The translations under genes were made by a program, and so were the position numbers. Positions 1 through 15,092 of a stretch of DNA of 64,000 nt are shown here, piece after piece. Position 1 is the stretch's first letter; every line of letters starts with the position of its first letter. Below the pieces are notes generated by a model that saw only the letters and a program-made list of their open reading frames with translations, ran no database searches and was not told the DNA's origin. Source of the DNA: Paraspadella gotoi (lineage: Eukaryota > Animalia > Chaetognatha); NCBI GenBank assembly GCA_051294375.1, contig CM119269.1:22617808-22681807 (forward strand). Reading direction: 5' to 3'.

Positions 1-10
1 TGAAACTTAC

Positions 11-1887
11 CCAGAGTGTGCGGAATGCTGTTTATAGTCGCGTCAACCGTGCAAGTCTTGTCGCTCTGAGTTATTGGTTGCTTGGGCAGGAGGGAGTTGG
101 CCTGTCCGTACTTGGATTCGTACACGGGCGTGATCCGTTCCACGTGTCCGTGCTGCGTGATTTTGACAACGCGAAATGTCCCGCGCGTCTCGAAGGCGAG
201 TTGGTGCAAGAAGGTCGTCGCGATCTGCAGGGAATTGTTGACAGTGAAGAGACAGTTCACCCTAACAGTTTATTCAACTTTTTCAATAAAATTTCATTTC
301 GTAATGCTACGTCATTCGTCTTGTTTTAATCAAGTATTCATAAATTCCTAATCTATATGTAACTTTAAAGGATTAACATGTTATTTTATAGTAGTTTCAA
401 TTTAGGTTTAATAAGCAGTTAAATATTATATTATTTAATAATTAAAATACTTAAGTCCTTGGACAAGGGACATTCTTTTTACCGATGTTAAATGATAAAA
501 ATAATCCCTCTTACATTTACATTTACTCTTAAATTGGAAAGGCTCGTAAATAAGGACCGTGACTCACGGTGTCCGTTTCAGTGTGCGCGATGTAGATGGC
601 GTGAATGGGACGCCCCTGTCCGGCGAAGCTCACGTGATCCAAGATCTCCTCTGGCCTCTGATCCGGGAGTCCGTCCGTGACGAGGACGACGGCGTCGCAG
701 CCCGGGTCGCCAAGTGCAGCGAGGAGAGCGTCCAACGTGTTGGTGCCTGAATGTTGATGTATTTACCTTCAATTTCGTGTCAGTTAAAGGCTTGTTTCTA
801 CCATAGAAATTGTAGATGGCGCTTGTACAAATTGGTTTGCTACATTATATGATTACTGATTGATTAGTTGGGTTAATTTTACTTTCGCTGACCTGGGTTA
901 GAGATTAAGGGTGAGGGGTTAGGGGTGGTTAGGGTTAAAAGAGTTAAGAAAACGTATATTTGCAATTCATAATGCATCCACGTTTGACAGATTCCTATGA
1001 TAAAAATGTAGAGAAGCCACTAAGTGACTTTTAAATAAATTATTAATAATTTTTTTTTTAAATATTTTTTAAAAAAGCAAAATTTAGCCATCAAGTTAAT
1101 ATGTCCATTAAATTATGAATGATTTAGCTACTGGTCAAACCACAAACAAACCTAAACAGTTAGCAACGTAAAATAAATAATCTACTGGATACCTAAACTT
1201 AATTCGACAATATGCAAATGAGACTGATGAATAATTTCATTTAAAAATGAATCAAAAATTATTTTGGTCTAGTTTGGCTTGACCTGTCTTTGGCGTGAGA
1301 TTCCTGATCCATGATTCCGCCGCCTTCACTGCAGCCGAGGTGCACTTGACCAATCTGTCCGTCCACTGAGTCACTCTGGTCGAGAATTCGATGATATTGA
1401 AGCGGGAGTCGGGGTAGAGCTGAGATTGAGCTTGAAGGGCCTGTGGTTACAAAGTTTGGGGGGGGGTAAAGCTAATTCATTCGATTGGAAAAGAATTTTA
1501 ACATTCTTAAAAATTAATATGTATTGGTAATTTGGTACAACCAATATAAAGTTATCCATTCATTTAATAAATAGGCGATGTTTTTCCTGACTTTAGACAG
1601 ACTATGTTGGCTTTCATCACCCTTACAAGATAATATTATAGGAAGCGTTCAATCAAGACTCTCTCACAGTCTCGTTTATTCACTCCCAGAGTACCTGGCT
1701 TTCCTATCAATGAAGTGGTATAATATTTCAAATAAATTTTCAATTGTATAAAGGAGCAGGATTTACGTACCTCGATTAAATGTTGTTTAATCGTGGGCAA
1801 AGCGTTGTACATTGATCCCGAGGTATCAATGACGAAAACCACATTTTTAGAAGTGACGTCGCCGAAAATCGTGGGCACGATTCGCAT
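11..1887 (-). CDS. von Willebrand factor A domain protein, VWA3B-like (5' part; gene continues off the window start)
   Basis: Phase-consistent GT-AG exons 1887-1771, 1440-1284, 746-568 and 224-11. They translate to MRIVPTIFGDVTSKNVVFVIDTSGSM...SRFNIIEFSTRVTQW...TGTNTLDALLAAL...VVLVTDGLPDQRPEEIL...IATTFLHQLAFETRGTF. MIDAS DxSxS, TNT and TDGxPD motifs match the VWA3A/VWA3B-type domain. The start codon is assumed. Confidence 0.85.
1520..1765 (+). mobile_element. ~250-300 bp interspersed intronic repeat, family A
   Basis: Core CTATCTTGCCCCTGACTTTGGACAGGCTATGGTGGTTTAAGGCC...CTTACAAGATA...TTCAATCAAGACTCTCTCACAGTCTCGTTTATTCACT...CAATTGTATAAAGGA. It recurs in full or in part at ~2640-2760, 9245-9305, 12685-12790, 15470-15730, 22995-23075, 41880-42030, 51880-52520 and 55555-55670. 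Confidence 0.8.
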
Positions 1888-2027
1888 TTTCAATTAACAT
1901 TAATCAAAATTATAATTTAATACAAACTTTATTCTGTTCTACCGTTTAAAATTTAAGTTTACAGAAATACTCTCGCGAGTTCCAAGTTTTGTGTTTGAAA
2001 AAAGTGGTGTTTCTTGTGCTTGGCTCG

Positions 2028-2040
2028 GTTGCCAAGTAAC
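2028..2040. promoter_or_regulatory. Candidate RFX X-box in the divergent VWA3B-like/TSEN54 promoter
   Basis: GTTGCC-A-AGTAAC fits the GTTNCC-N(0-3)-RGYAAC consensus. It lies ~140 bp upstream of the predicted ATG of a gene from a cilia-associated family. Confidence 0.55.
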
Positions 2041-2363
2041 GACTCCTCGCCCTCTTTCGCCCGCAGTTCTCGTGTCTGCCCAATCCAAGACACGAATCGA
2101 GAAACCTCCCTTTTTGGAGACGTGAAGTCAAACCGGGTAAATAACCCGGTGAATAACTGGATCTTCACCGATGGATTTCCTACGATAACGAACTGTTTGT
2201 TCCTGTCCAGAATTCTCTCCCCACGTTGCCAGCTAATCGATCAAGTTCAGCCGCGAAATTTTAATTTTTGACATTTACAATATTTTCAAACTGGTTACAA
2301 TAGAAATCCGTCCAAGGCCTTCGTTTCTCTTGAACGATCGGGATACTGGTCTTTTCTTTCTCT

Positions 2364-4996
2364 ATGGAACTTTCTCAGGAGCCGAATGAGAATTCCCCTT
2401 ATCTCGTACGCGGCGACGATGACATCGACGCCGGTCCATGCCACCCCGTCGCCGATTTGCAACGCCTCCCGCCCGGGTATCGCTTCGACGGCGCCAGAAC
2501 GGCGCCGCGGATTCCGCAGATCGGCGCCCATAAAGATTTCGAGCCGGAAGAGGAAAATGAGGAGAAAGTAATTTTGATTGTTTATTCTGTATGTAATGAA
2601 AGGAGGACAACAGATGTAAAAATTATTCCTTCATTTAATAAAGAAGTTATTTTGCCCCCTTTTTAGAGTGGCTATGATGGGTTAAGGGCACCATCCCTCG
2701 TACAAGATAAAATAACATAACAGAACACTGGCAAGCTTCTTTTCAAAGCTCTAGTCCCAAAATGCTTCACCTTCAATATTAAAATAATTGATAAAAGAGT
2801 AGTTCAGTCGTATAAATTGTAGTTTAAAACAACTAAATCCCTTTTTAGTCTCTTCGCCTCACTCGCCGTCTCCTGTTGGATCAGGCGCTGTCGTCCAGGC
2901 GCGAGGCTTTGGCCTGGCCGCGTTGGTCTCAACTCAAAACTCTTTTACGTGGAATTTGGGATGAGAGAGACAATATTGTCGTCGTCGGAAAGGGAGGCCA
3001 AGACGTCTCGCAGGTTTCATGATATTTAATCATTAATACATAATCTCTAGTTTATTTTAACGTTCATGAATTCTTAAAAGTTTTTCGGGACGCCGCTGGC
3101 GAACGGCGCTGGTTTCTCTTTGCTGCCGGAAGAGGCGTTGTTTCTCTTGGAGGCGGGATCTCTTCGCGTCACGACCGAGTGTCACGAGAAGGTAATGAGG
3201 CAAATAATCATTTAATTAAATAAGCTAGACAAATTAACAATCTCCTCGCCCAATACCCAAAGCCCTGCCCCCTCTCCTCTTCCCCTCAAATTGGTCGCGG
3301 AATTCCCTTCTCCCTCGAAGATGCTTACGTCGCCTTCACTCGTCACCCGTCACGACCTTTGACGCTTGACCGATACAAAGTCTACGGTCACCTCGCAAGG
3401 GCGGGTTACGTCGTCGTCCCGCATCGAAGGTGGGGGGAAGTAAGAGTGGGTCGTCAATGGTGAAAAAGGTCGTTGTGATGTTGTAGGGAAATCATAATCA
3501 AGTTAGTATCGGTCCGATGAGAATTAATTACGATAGGAAGGTGAACTTACAAATAGCTAAACGTACAAATAGTATTATTACATCTTTAAGGCGTTGAAAT
3601 AGAATAATACTTAATCTGACGAACTCGATTCACAGATTATTATCACTGAACATATTAAAGTGAAGCGCGAAAGTTCTGAATAAAACATAGAATTGTGTTA
3701 TTGTGGCGGTATATTCACACCGCCTCACGTCCACCATCCTTCAGCCAAATCCATTGGCTCAGAGGGGGAACACACCATCCCAGGCGTAGTTTTCCATCCA
3801 CAGTCCTAACGACTTCCCTCTACGTTGGCAAAGCGAGGCCGTCCTAGGGTAACCGCGCCAGTGACTGCAGGCGTCACTGAGGGTCGGTAGCCCCCAAAGC
3901 CAACAGTGAGATGCCCCATCCCAATGGGCATCCCAGGCAACCCGGCTGTTGCCATATTATAATAATTAAAGTTCTAAGGAAAAGTTCACTTTAAATTTAA
4001 TAATAATTCAACTTCCTCTAGCGACGCGACATTCACCGTCTACGAGCGGAGAATCGGACTAGATCTCCTCTCGAGGCCGACCACTATGGACGAGCCACTC
4101 GCAACGATGGCGACGACCCAGACGGCGGCCGACGATGGTGTTGAAGCGGCGGGAGGCATCGACTTAGCGGGCGTCCATCCAGCGACGCCGTCGAATGCGA
4201 TCGTCGCGCCGTCGGAGACGCTTGTCGACGCTGACGAACCTATGGACGAAGATCTCGATTCTCCGCGACTCAAAGACGCCGCCGCCGCCGTGTCATCATC
4301 ATCCTTCCTCGACTCCATCATCCCGCACCCCATCTGGAGCGAGGACGACCTCCGCTTCCCCAGCATCTTCTCCTCCAGCATCTCATCCGTTCCGCCCGAC
4401 GGCCTCGTCGAGTTGGTGTCTCTCGACCTCAATCGTCTGCCCTTCGACGAGTGGACGAACGGATTCGGGAAGGTGCGTCGCTAGGGATGCTCGTTGTTTG
4501 TTGAAAATCATTAAAAAATCAGAAATATCGTTGTTTTATATGAATTAGGGGGGTTTTCATGATAAGAAAAATAATTCCATTTCTAAAACTACAATACTTC
4601 TCTGAAATATCTAAACATCATTTATAAAATTAATGCATTAATAAACCCTATTTAAAGTATTATTAAAATCGTAAAGGATAACTACAGACAAAACCGAAAC
4701 AAAAATTTATGTGAAATAATCTCAACCGCTATAATATGCAAATGAGATTGAAGCACTCGGATCTAATTTTCTCAAATGAACCACAATCGTCAATCCTTCA
4801 GACCTCCTGGCGTTGGGACGAACCCACCTCCTCCGAGCGATGGATCAGAGACGAGAAGATACGCGCGTCTGGCGTCGTCGTCAAACCAAAATGGCGCAGG
4901 AAGCGAAGATGGCGCCCGTGGACGCCGGATGATGGAAAGCCATGTAGGGGCGCTGGAGAGAGGGAGGAGTGGGAGACGAGGATTCATCGGGTGAGT

Positions 4997-5062
<66 letters not shown>

Positions 5063-6262
5063 ATGTTGGGCGGGGATGTTGGATATGGTCTAGTAATACT
5101 AATGTTTTTATTAATTATTGTAGCTAAACCGGATATCATTTTGGAGGTTTTTGGTCTCTCTCTCTCGCTCTCTCTCCCATTTGGTCGTAGTACATAATAT
5201 AAGTTTTATTAAACAATAATCATCATTTCACATCCTCCAGGTGAGCAAAAGTTGGGCCGAGTTGAAGGCGCTGACGACGGAGGAGCGGAGAAGCCTCTCC
5301 CAACGACGACCGCCTCATCTTTGGGATCCTTCCTTCGTCGACGAGACGATTGAAGAGCCCTCCCACGCCTCCAACCCTTCCTTCGCTTCCTCCGAAGACT
5401 TCGTGACTCCCCTCGCTGATCCGCGAACGACGGCGACGGTGGACGATCTCTTCGAGAGACTCGACGTCGTGCGAACCTTCGATGAGTCGACGAGCGGATC
5501 TAAGGAGGAGGAAGAGGAAGAGGAATCGAGATTCGAAATTGTCTACGACGTTTACGTGACGAATAAAAACTACAGGTTTGTCGTTGTTGTTGTTGTTGTT
5601 GTTGTCATTGTGCTGCCGTCGACGTGATTTAGTGTTAGACAGAAACTTTCTTAAGAATCCATTTAAAGGTCGCTGAAGGCTACTAAACCTTATCTTCTCT
5701 GTCCCTCGGCAGCAATGTAACCAGGCTTGAAGGTTTTCCACGCCCCTTGTACGTCCTCACGTTTTCCGTAGGATAGGGTATCATTGGTGATCGATTTCAG
5801 GATAGGGTATCATTGGTGATCGATTTCAGCACCTAATGATGGTTTTTACTCGATGAGCCACCGGGTCACAAATGAAAGAGTCATGTTTATAGGGTGGATG
5901 GACAACAAGTTGATTTATATTCTAAATGATTTTAATGTATTAATTTTAATTCATCCAGGGATTCCTTACGAAATAAATGTGTCAAACAATACACGACTAA
6001 AACCTTAAATCGCTTTTTTCCCCTTCATCCCAGCAAAACTCATCGCGGCTCCCCCAACTATCGCGTCTGCCTCCAAGATTCCGGCGCCGCCTCTTCCTCC
6101 TTTTCCGAACCGACGCCGCGCGAGATGGCGCTCCTTAATTCCCGAAGCCGCGACGGAGTTCCTCTCCTTTGGGCGTCGGTCTCCTCCGACGGCGTCGCGT
6201 TCCATTGCTTCTTCGACGTCGAACTGCCCTTCGCTCCCGTTTCTTTGGGGGACGGGGTTTGA
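2364..6262 (+). CDS. TSEN54: tRNA-splicing endonuclease subunit Sen54
   Basis: Eight phase-consistent exons: 2364-2567, 2849-3013, 3081-3191, 3263-3429, 4022-4472, 4802-4990, 5241-5575, 6034-6262. Sen54-typical motifs: GAHKDFEP, LLPEEALFLLEAGSL, SLEDAY, YKVYGHLARAGYVV, YERRIGLD, KSWAELK, IVYDVY...SKTHRGSPNYRVCL, PLLWASVSSDGVAFHCF. Confidence 0.88.
3702..3956. other. GC-rich, hairpin-dense insertion in TSEN54 intron 4 (structured RNA or TE fragment)
   Basis: At least six local inverted repeats in ~255 bp, sharply bounded by AT-rich intron sequence. Confidence 0.5.
5690..5900 (-). mobile_element. SINE-like element copy (same family as 26190-26455) in TSEN54 intron 7, with an internal 29 bp tandem duplication
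   Basis: The reverse complement shares CATGA..CTTTCA.TTGTGACCCG.TGGCTCAT.GAG, CGTGAGGACG and GTGG.AAACC.TCAAGCCTGGTT with the 26.2 kb copy. AGGATAGGGTATCATTGGTGATCGATTTC occurs twice at ~5770-5829. Confidence 0.7.
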
Positions 6263-6845
6263 ATCGTTTATGGTGGTGGTAGGGGGGGGTTTAGGGGTTG
6301 TGGAGGGAGTTTTGATGGTGTTGTGGGGGATTTAATAGTTAAGAGTCGGACTTCGCTTGTCTAAAGCCTGGAATCTCTGGTGCTGTTCTTTTTTTGGGAT
6401 CGTCTCTAGTCTTTTTGCAAACGTTCGTTTTGTTTTAGGCATCCAATTTCTAGTTGAATATTGTATTTCTTTTTGAAATTAAAAAAAATGTAAAAAGTTT
6501 CTTCGATTCTTTGACTTATTTGACATTGTGATTTATATTTCCATGTTTCACTTTTTGCTGCTTTAGATTTCGTGACGACTGATAAAAATGGAACCAGATA
6601 AAATGATAAGGACCAGATTAATTTGTGGATTATCTGGAATGAGATCGAGTTCCTCAATCTCATTTGCATATTGTCGTGTTCTGATTAAGCTTTGATAAAT
6701 TTTTGTTCTATTGCCTTAAGGGTTTATTATTAATATTTTACATTAGTAAATGATCATGTTTATCATTAATAGCATTAATTAATTAATTAATTAATTAAAA
6801 GCAATGCGTCCGCAACAATGACTCCTTAAACAAAAGAGAGAAAAA

Positions 6846-9769
6846 ATGGAAGAGAGATTTTTCTGCGACGCTCGATGGACTCGTCACGAGGACCGACTCC
6901 TCGTGCGGCGACTCCCTCCTCAACTCTCCGCCGACGACAGGGCGGATCTCCTCAAACACTTTGGCGCCACTGAGGTCCTCATGTCTCTAGGAAACAAACA
7001 GTTGAGGTTCGTTGAACTTCCAAGTTATTTTGGGGGCTAATTGGCTGCATTGGGGCCAATGAATATTGGCTGCATTGGGGCCATTGAATATTGACGAATT
7101 CGAAGGATGAAATATTATCATTACCTCAGTTCGTCATTAAGGGCTACGAGCTATTTGTGTTGACTAATCAATCAATCAATCAATCAATCTCGTCTCAGAG
7201 ACGACGCGGCGTTGGCTTTATTCCCATCGGCGTCGTCGGCGTCCCTCGCTCTTCGTCGTCTTCATCAACTCGTCGTCCTCGATTCTTTTCTCGTCGTCGA
7301 ATTCGCGAGAAAATCTCAGGATAAATTCTTCGACTCGCGACCGGAGAGATATGAGATAGTGAGGAAGAGGTAGGGGGGAAGATGTGATAGATATGTGATA
7401 GAGTTGTGATAGATGTGATCAAAAGCGTGCTCTTCTTTGCTCAGACTCGATCCTTCTCGCTCCCAAGAATGCAGAACTACATCATCCCCATCATCCACCA
7501 CAGCAGCAGCAGCAGCATCAACGACCACAACTACCTCGACGCAAACGGAGGCAGAAGATGAAAGTTCGTAGGTTATTTTTTGATTGCGAGGAATGATTGG
7601 CTGAGTGGACTTTTGATTGGCCTTTGATTATTGCCATAAATTGAATTGCCATTTCCATCTCAGCCTCCGCCAGCTTCCCTCCATCCTCCCTCGACATCGT
7701 CGCCCGCATCTCCAACGCCCTCCTCAACGCGGCGCCCTTCTATCGCCGCGTCCTTCTCCTCATGCGCGCCCTCGATCTTCCGGCGCCGTTCGGTCGACAT
7801 CCCAACATCGACGCCCCGATTTTCCGTCCACCGGCGTCGATTATGACGCCGTGGATGTCAAAGGCGGCGTCGTTTTCTTCGAGGCCGGCGTCTCGATGGA
7901 AAGAGACGCCGAAAGGGCCGGTATTGAACGGAGGGGCGGCGACACCGTCAAAGAATCGAGCGGAACGTGAAGGCGACGGAAACAATTCGGAGAGTGAGAG
8001 TGAAATGGAGTCAGAGGGAGAGAAAGAAGAGGTGAGGTTGATTTGAATATTTGGTTGTCTATAATAAAGTTTTCTTTTTTGAGAATCTTCTCGCATCGAT
8101 TCCGTGACTTTTCTCTCGATCGCAGACGCTAATTCCGCCTCATAAACTGACGACGCCGCGTCCTAAAACGCCGCCACGCCCACCGATCGATTCCCGATTT
8201 CTTCGTCGATTGATCGAGGATCGAAAGCGGAAGAGACTCGAGGATCCCGTCGACGATCCACTGAGGGGTCGGACAGACGAATCTCTCTCTCGAAAAGTCT
8301 TCGACGCTCGACCTCCCCCTGGCGCCAAAAAGATCCGGATCTTGGCGCCGACTTCGTTGGAGCGAGAGCCAGCGACGATGGCGTCGACGAGCGGGTTGAG
8401 CGAGAAGTTTGTAGAGGCGGATGTTGATCGAGCTAGTGAGACTGTGGCAACAATTGAAGGTTTTTCGGTAGAACAAGTGAATGAATTCCACGAAGAACCA
8501 GCGGCGAAACCAGCGGCAGAACTTGCGGCGTTAACCATGAAGAAACCTTCGTCGGGACCGTTTGGGACACTTGCAGCTAAACCGGCTTCCGATCGCGTCG
8601 TCCCTCAACCACAGTCAAAGACGGTTTCGCCGGAGCATCTCTCCTCTAATTCAGCGTCGGTGGCTCCGACGAAAGACTCCAACGATGGTGTTAAGACTGC
8701 AGAGGGGGATTCATTGAAGAGTGCTTCCTCGAAGGCTGTCTCTATGGAGAATGGTTCGACAAAGGCGGTCTCTGAAGAGGCAGTCGGTAATGAGGCGGCT
8801 TCGTCTTCACCGGCGGAGTATTCCGCGGAGAAGTTGGAACTTCTTTCGTTGAAGGACATTGAGAAAAATAGAGCGACGGAGGAAGAGAAGTCGGCCAATC
8901 CCGTCTTCAAGAATTGGGAGATGGGGGAACCAAGCTCGAGGCTTTACATCAAGAATCTCGCCAAGCAGGTTTGGGAGGAAAGGAGTGGTGGGGTGGTGGG
9001 TGGCGATTGGTGGGTGATTACGCTGTACAAGATTTATATGTGGATCAGGGATGGTAGAGAAAGAGAGAGGTTGGAATAGTGAGATTGAAAAAGAACGAGG
9101 AAGTCATTTCATTTGACGATATTACGTTTTGGAGGAGAGATGTTAATGGGAATTATTCAATAACTTATTTAGGCGACCCCCTTGTCTTATAAACTTAATG
9201 CAAACAATACAATATTATCTAATATCTATTCATTCAATGAATAAGGTATCTTGCCCTTGATGATGATCAGGCTATTGTGGGTTAAGGCTTTCATCCCTCT
9301 TAAGTTAACAGAAAGCCTTCATCCCTTTTACAAAATGTCAACAATTTTCCCTTTTTCCTCTTCATAGGTGACGGAGGAAGAATTGAAACGCGTCTTTTTA
9401 AATTTCGTCGATCGAACTAAAGATTTGGAAAAGTTTGAGCTTCGGTTGATGACGCACGTGAGTCCTTCCCCCTTCCTCTTTTCGTAGTGAATGATAAATA
9501 AAGATTGAAGACTACTAATCATGTGATTTCTCTTTCAGGGGCGAATGAAGGGACAAGCCTTTGTGACGTTACCGTCTGTGAAAGCCGCTAAGGAGGTTCG
9601 GGTTTTTAAATACCGTACACAAGATTATTAGTCAATGATATAAGTCGATAGTTATTAATTTATAATAATATTTTTCTTTCAGGCTTTGCTAACGACGAAC
9701 GGGTTTATCTGGAGGTCGAGACCGATGGTCGTTTGTTTCGCCAGAGGCGCTGGCGTCAGGAAGAGTTGA
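6846..9769 (+). CDS. RNPC3: RNA-binding region-containing protein 3 (U11/U12 snRNP 65 kDa protein, minor spliceosome)
   Basis: Exons 6846-7006, 7199-7369, 7445-7563, 7664-8031, 8126-8968, 9368-9457, 9539-9595, 9683-9769. RRM1 reads LLVRRLPPQLSADDRADLLKHFGA...ALRRLHQLVVLDSFLVVEFA. The conserved middle is RISNALLNAAPFYRRVLLLMRALDLPAPFG. RRM2 reads PVFKNWEMGEPSSRLYIKNLAKQVTEEELKRVF...RLMTHGRMKGQAFVTLP...NGFIWRSRPMVVCFAR. Confidence 0.93.
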
Positions 9770-10287
9770 TGAGAAACAAAATGACAAGAAATCGTTCAAT
9801 ACGACGTTAAATGTTTTTAAATTATTTTCATAACGTTTTTACATTTTTTTCGATGTTAATTTGACTCACAAATTTGTTTTAAATGACGTTGATTTATATT
9901 CTATTTATTATTAAAATTTGAAGTGATGTTCTATTTCTTTTTTATCTTCGCTATCGACTGCTTGTAGTACTAATGAAAGATGCCGCTAGCTAATAAAACT
10001 TGGGACTTCAGAGATTGTATTATCTTTATTTTATTAATTTCTTGCAAGTTTCATTTTGTTTGTCAATTTATTTTTCGTTCCAGTCAAAACCCAAATCAAA
10101 ACCATAATCAAAGCTTAAAACATCGACTTGTCTGAAGAAACATGAACAAAGTGCAAAGATCCTAATTCAGGTGCTAATTCTTTTTGTGTTCTCCTCGTTT
10201 TTCTTTTTTTGTCTTTCTGGCCTGAAAAATCCCAAAAATGCATATTTCGATCTTTAGCGCTCTCTTCACCACCATTCAGAGATTCGA

Positions 10288-10351
10288 TCACGTGATGATT
10301 CCCGACCAATCAGAGATCAGAGCCGACTCATGATCATGACTGGTCATGTGA
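10288..10351. promoter_or_regulatory. Candidate CLEAR/E-box (MiT-TFE) sites and CCAAT box upstream of cathepsin L
   Basis: TCACGTGA (10288-10295), CCAATC (~10306) and GTCATGTGA (10343-10351) cluster ~400-470 bp upstream of the ATG. A probable 5'UTR intron lies at 10650-10740. Confidence 0.5.
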
Positions 10352-10755
10352 GGCCTTCCGCCCCTTTTATCTCCTCTTCTTAGTTTTTGTTCTCTGGACT
10401 TTTTCTTCCCTCAATATCCGACCACTTTTTGGTGATTCTCTCTCTCTCTCTCAGCTCTCCAGGGTCACGACCCGAAGCGGCTTTTCACGAGCTGACGAAA
10501 TCTCGAGTCCAAATTGAAAGAGAAAAACAAATCCCTCGAAATAATTTGGTGTAAACTTCCTCATTGGCGATCGATGGTCAGACGAGTCCAAGTTTGAATT
10601 ACAATTACCTCCTGCGACGGAGAGTCAACTTAAAAAGGGATCTCACGGGGTGAGAATTCTTTACGAAGCCTCTATATATTTATTTATAAAAAATAATAAG
10701 AAAAATTTGACGAATTTTATCGTTTTGAATTTTTATTCAGTCTTCGCAAGAAAAA

Positions 10756-13868
<3,113 letters not shown>

Positions 13869-15092
13869 AGAAAACTACTACATAATTAGCGGCAGAAAAA
13901 AGCCTATGTTGTATTGAATACATTTTTTTTGGACCGATGGTTTTTCCGAGCCGCCTCTTTTCTCGCCCCGGGCGGAGCAGGGAATTATTTTTTGGATATT
14001 TTAGATGTAGTTAATTATCGTAACGTTTGTAAGACATTAAAGTTTAGATTTAATTTGGGAGGTCGGTCTAAAATAGGGGATTTATGGTTTTCTATACGAG
14101 GCTTAATCTTAAGATAATCTTGAGATAATCAGATGAATATATTTCGCTGATGCAATTTAAGTCCGTTTCAAGAACTGCTTTTATTTTCGTGTCTGAATTT
14201 TATATTTTCGAGTTTTTTTTTTTTTTTTATTATCTGATCTGATTTCGATCTGATACATCGTATGTTTTTATTTTTTTTCTCCCTCACCTGATCAACCTTA
14301 ATTGATCTTATTTTTATGCCATTTCTACAAAAACAACAAAAAAGATGATTAAAAGAGTTCAAGTCGTGAATCAATAATGTGGATTTTTTTTCTTTTTAGC
14401 TTTCTTAGATAGTAATAGGCTAGCAAAAGTGGCTTCACCCTTTTACTTTTGTGTCAAAGGACGAAATATAATTCGATGCTCATTGGCAATTTTTATTTTA
14501 ATCAACAATAAAGAGTTTTTAATCCAAGGAAACGGTGAAGTCAAATCGGAGGCCATGCGGCAAAAAAATAAAAAAAAACTTATTAATTCATTAATAAATC
14601 TTACGATAAATCAGGTAAAATTGAGTATTTGATGAGAAGAATATAAAAAGCGGCGTCGTTTTGATTCGATGGCGACATCAACTTAAAAAGAGGAAAAGTG
14701 ATTCGTCGGCGATTGTGGTTTCTCCCGCAGAAACTCGCCCATCTTTCGGTTCTAGTTACTCGGTTTGAAATTAATTTTATTTTATTAAATTATTTTTATT
14801 ATTAAATTAATAAAAATTTATTTTATTATATAGTTAATTTTTTTAATCAGTTATTTATTTTTATAATAAATAATATATTAAATATATTTTTATTTAATAT
14901 GAAATAAAAATATATATTATTTTTTAATTTAATTTTAATATTTTTATTAAAAATATTTTTAAATTAATTGTAAAAATTATTTTAATTTAAAAAACAAAAC
15001 AAAGTAAAAAACACAAAAATGAAGCTGAAATGAGGCGCTTTCGGAAAACATCATCATCCTGACAACATATGATTCGCCACTTTGACCTCCCG

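Noticed and set aside
895-945. Interstitial telomere or chromosome fusion scar
   Set aside because: Only a few degenerate TTAGGG units; similar arrays elsewhere sit inside MITE family B.
9220-10030. USSE-like tandem U11-binding sites known from vertebrate RNPC3
   Set aside because: The only GTATCTT match (9246) is part of repeat family A, and no convincing tandem pair was seen. All predicted RNPC3 introns look U2-type.
14765-14995. Near-pure AT tract between the convergent CTSL and X11 3' ends
   Set aside because: Low-complexity sequence with no discernible unit or structure.
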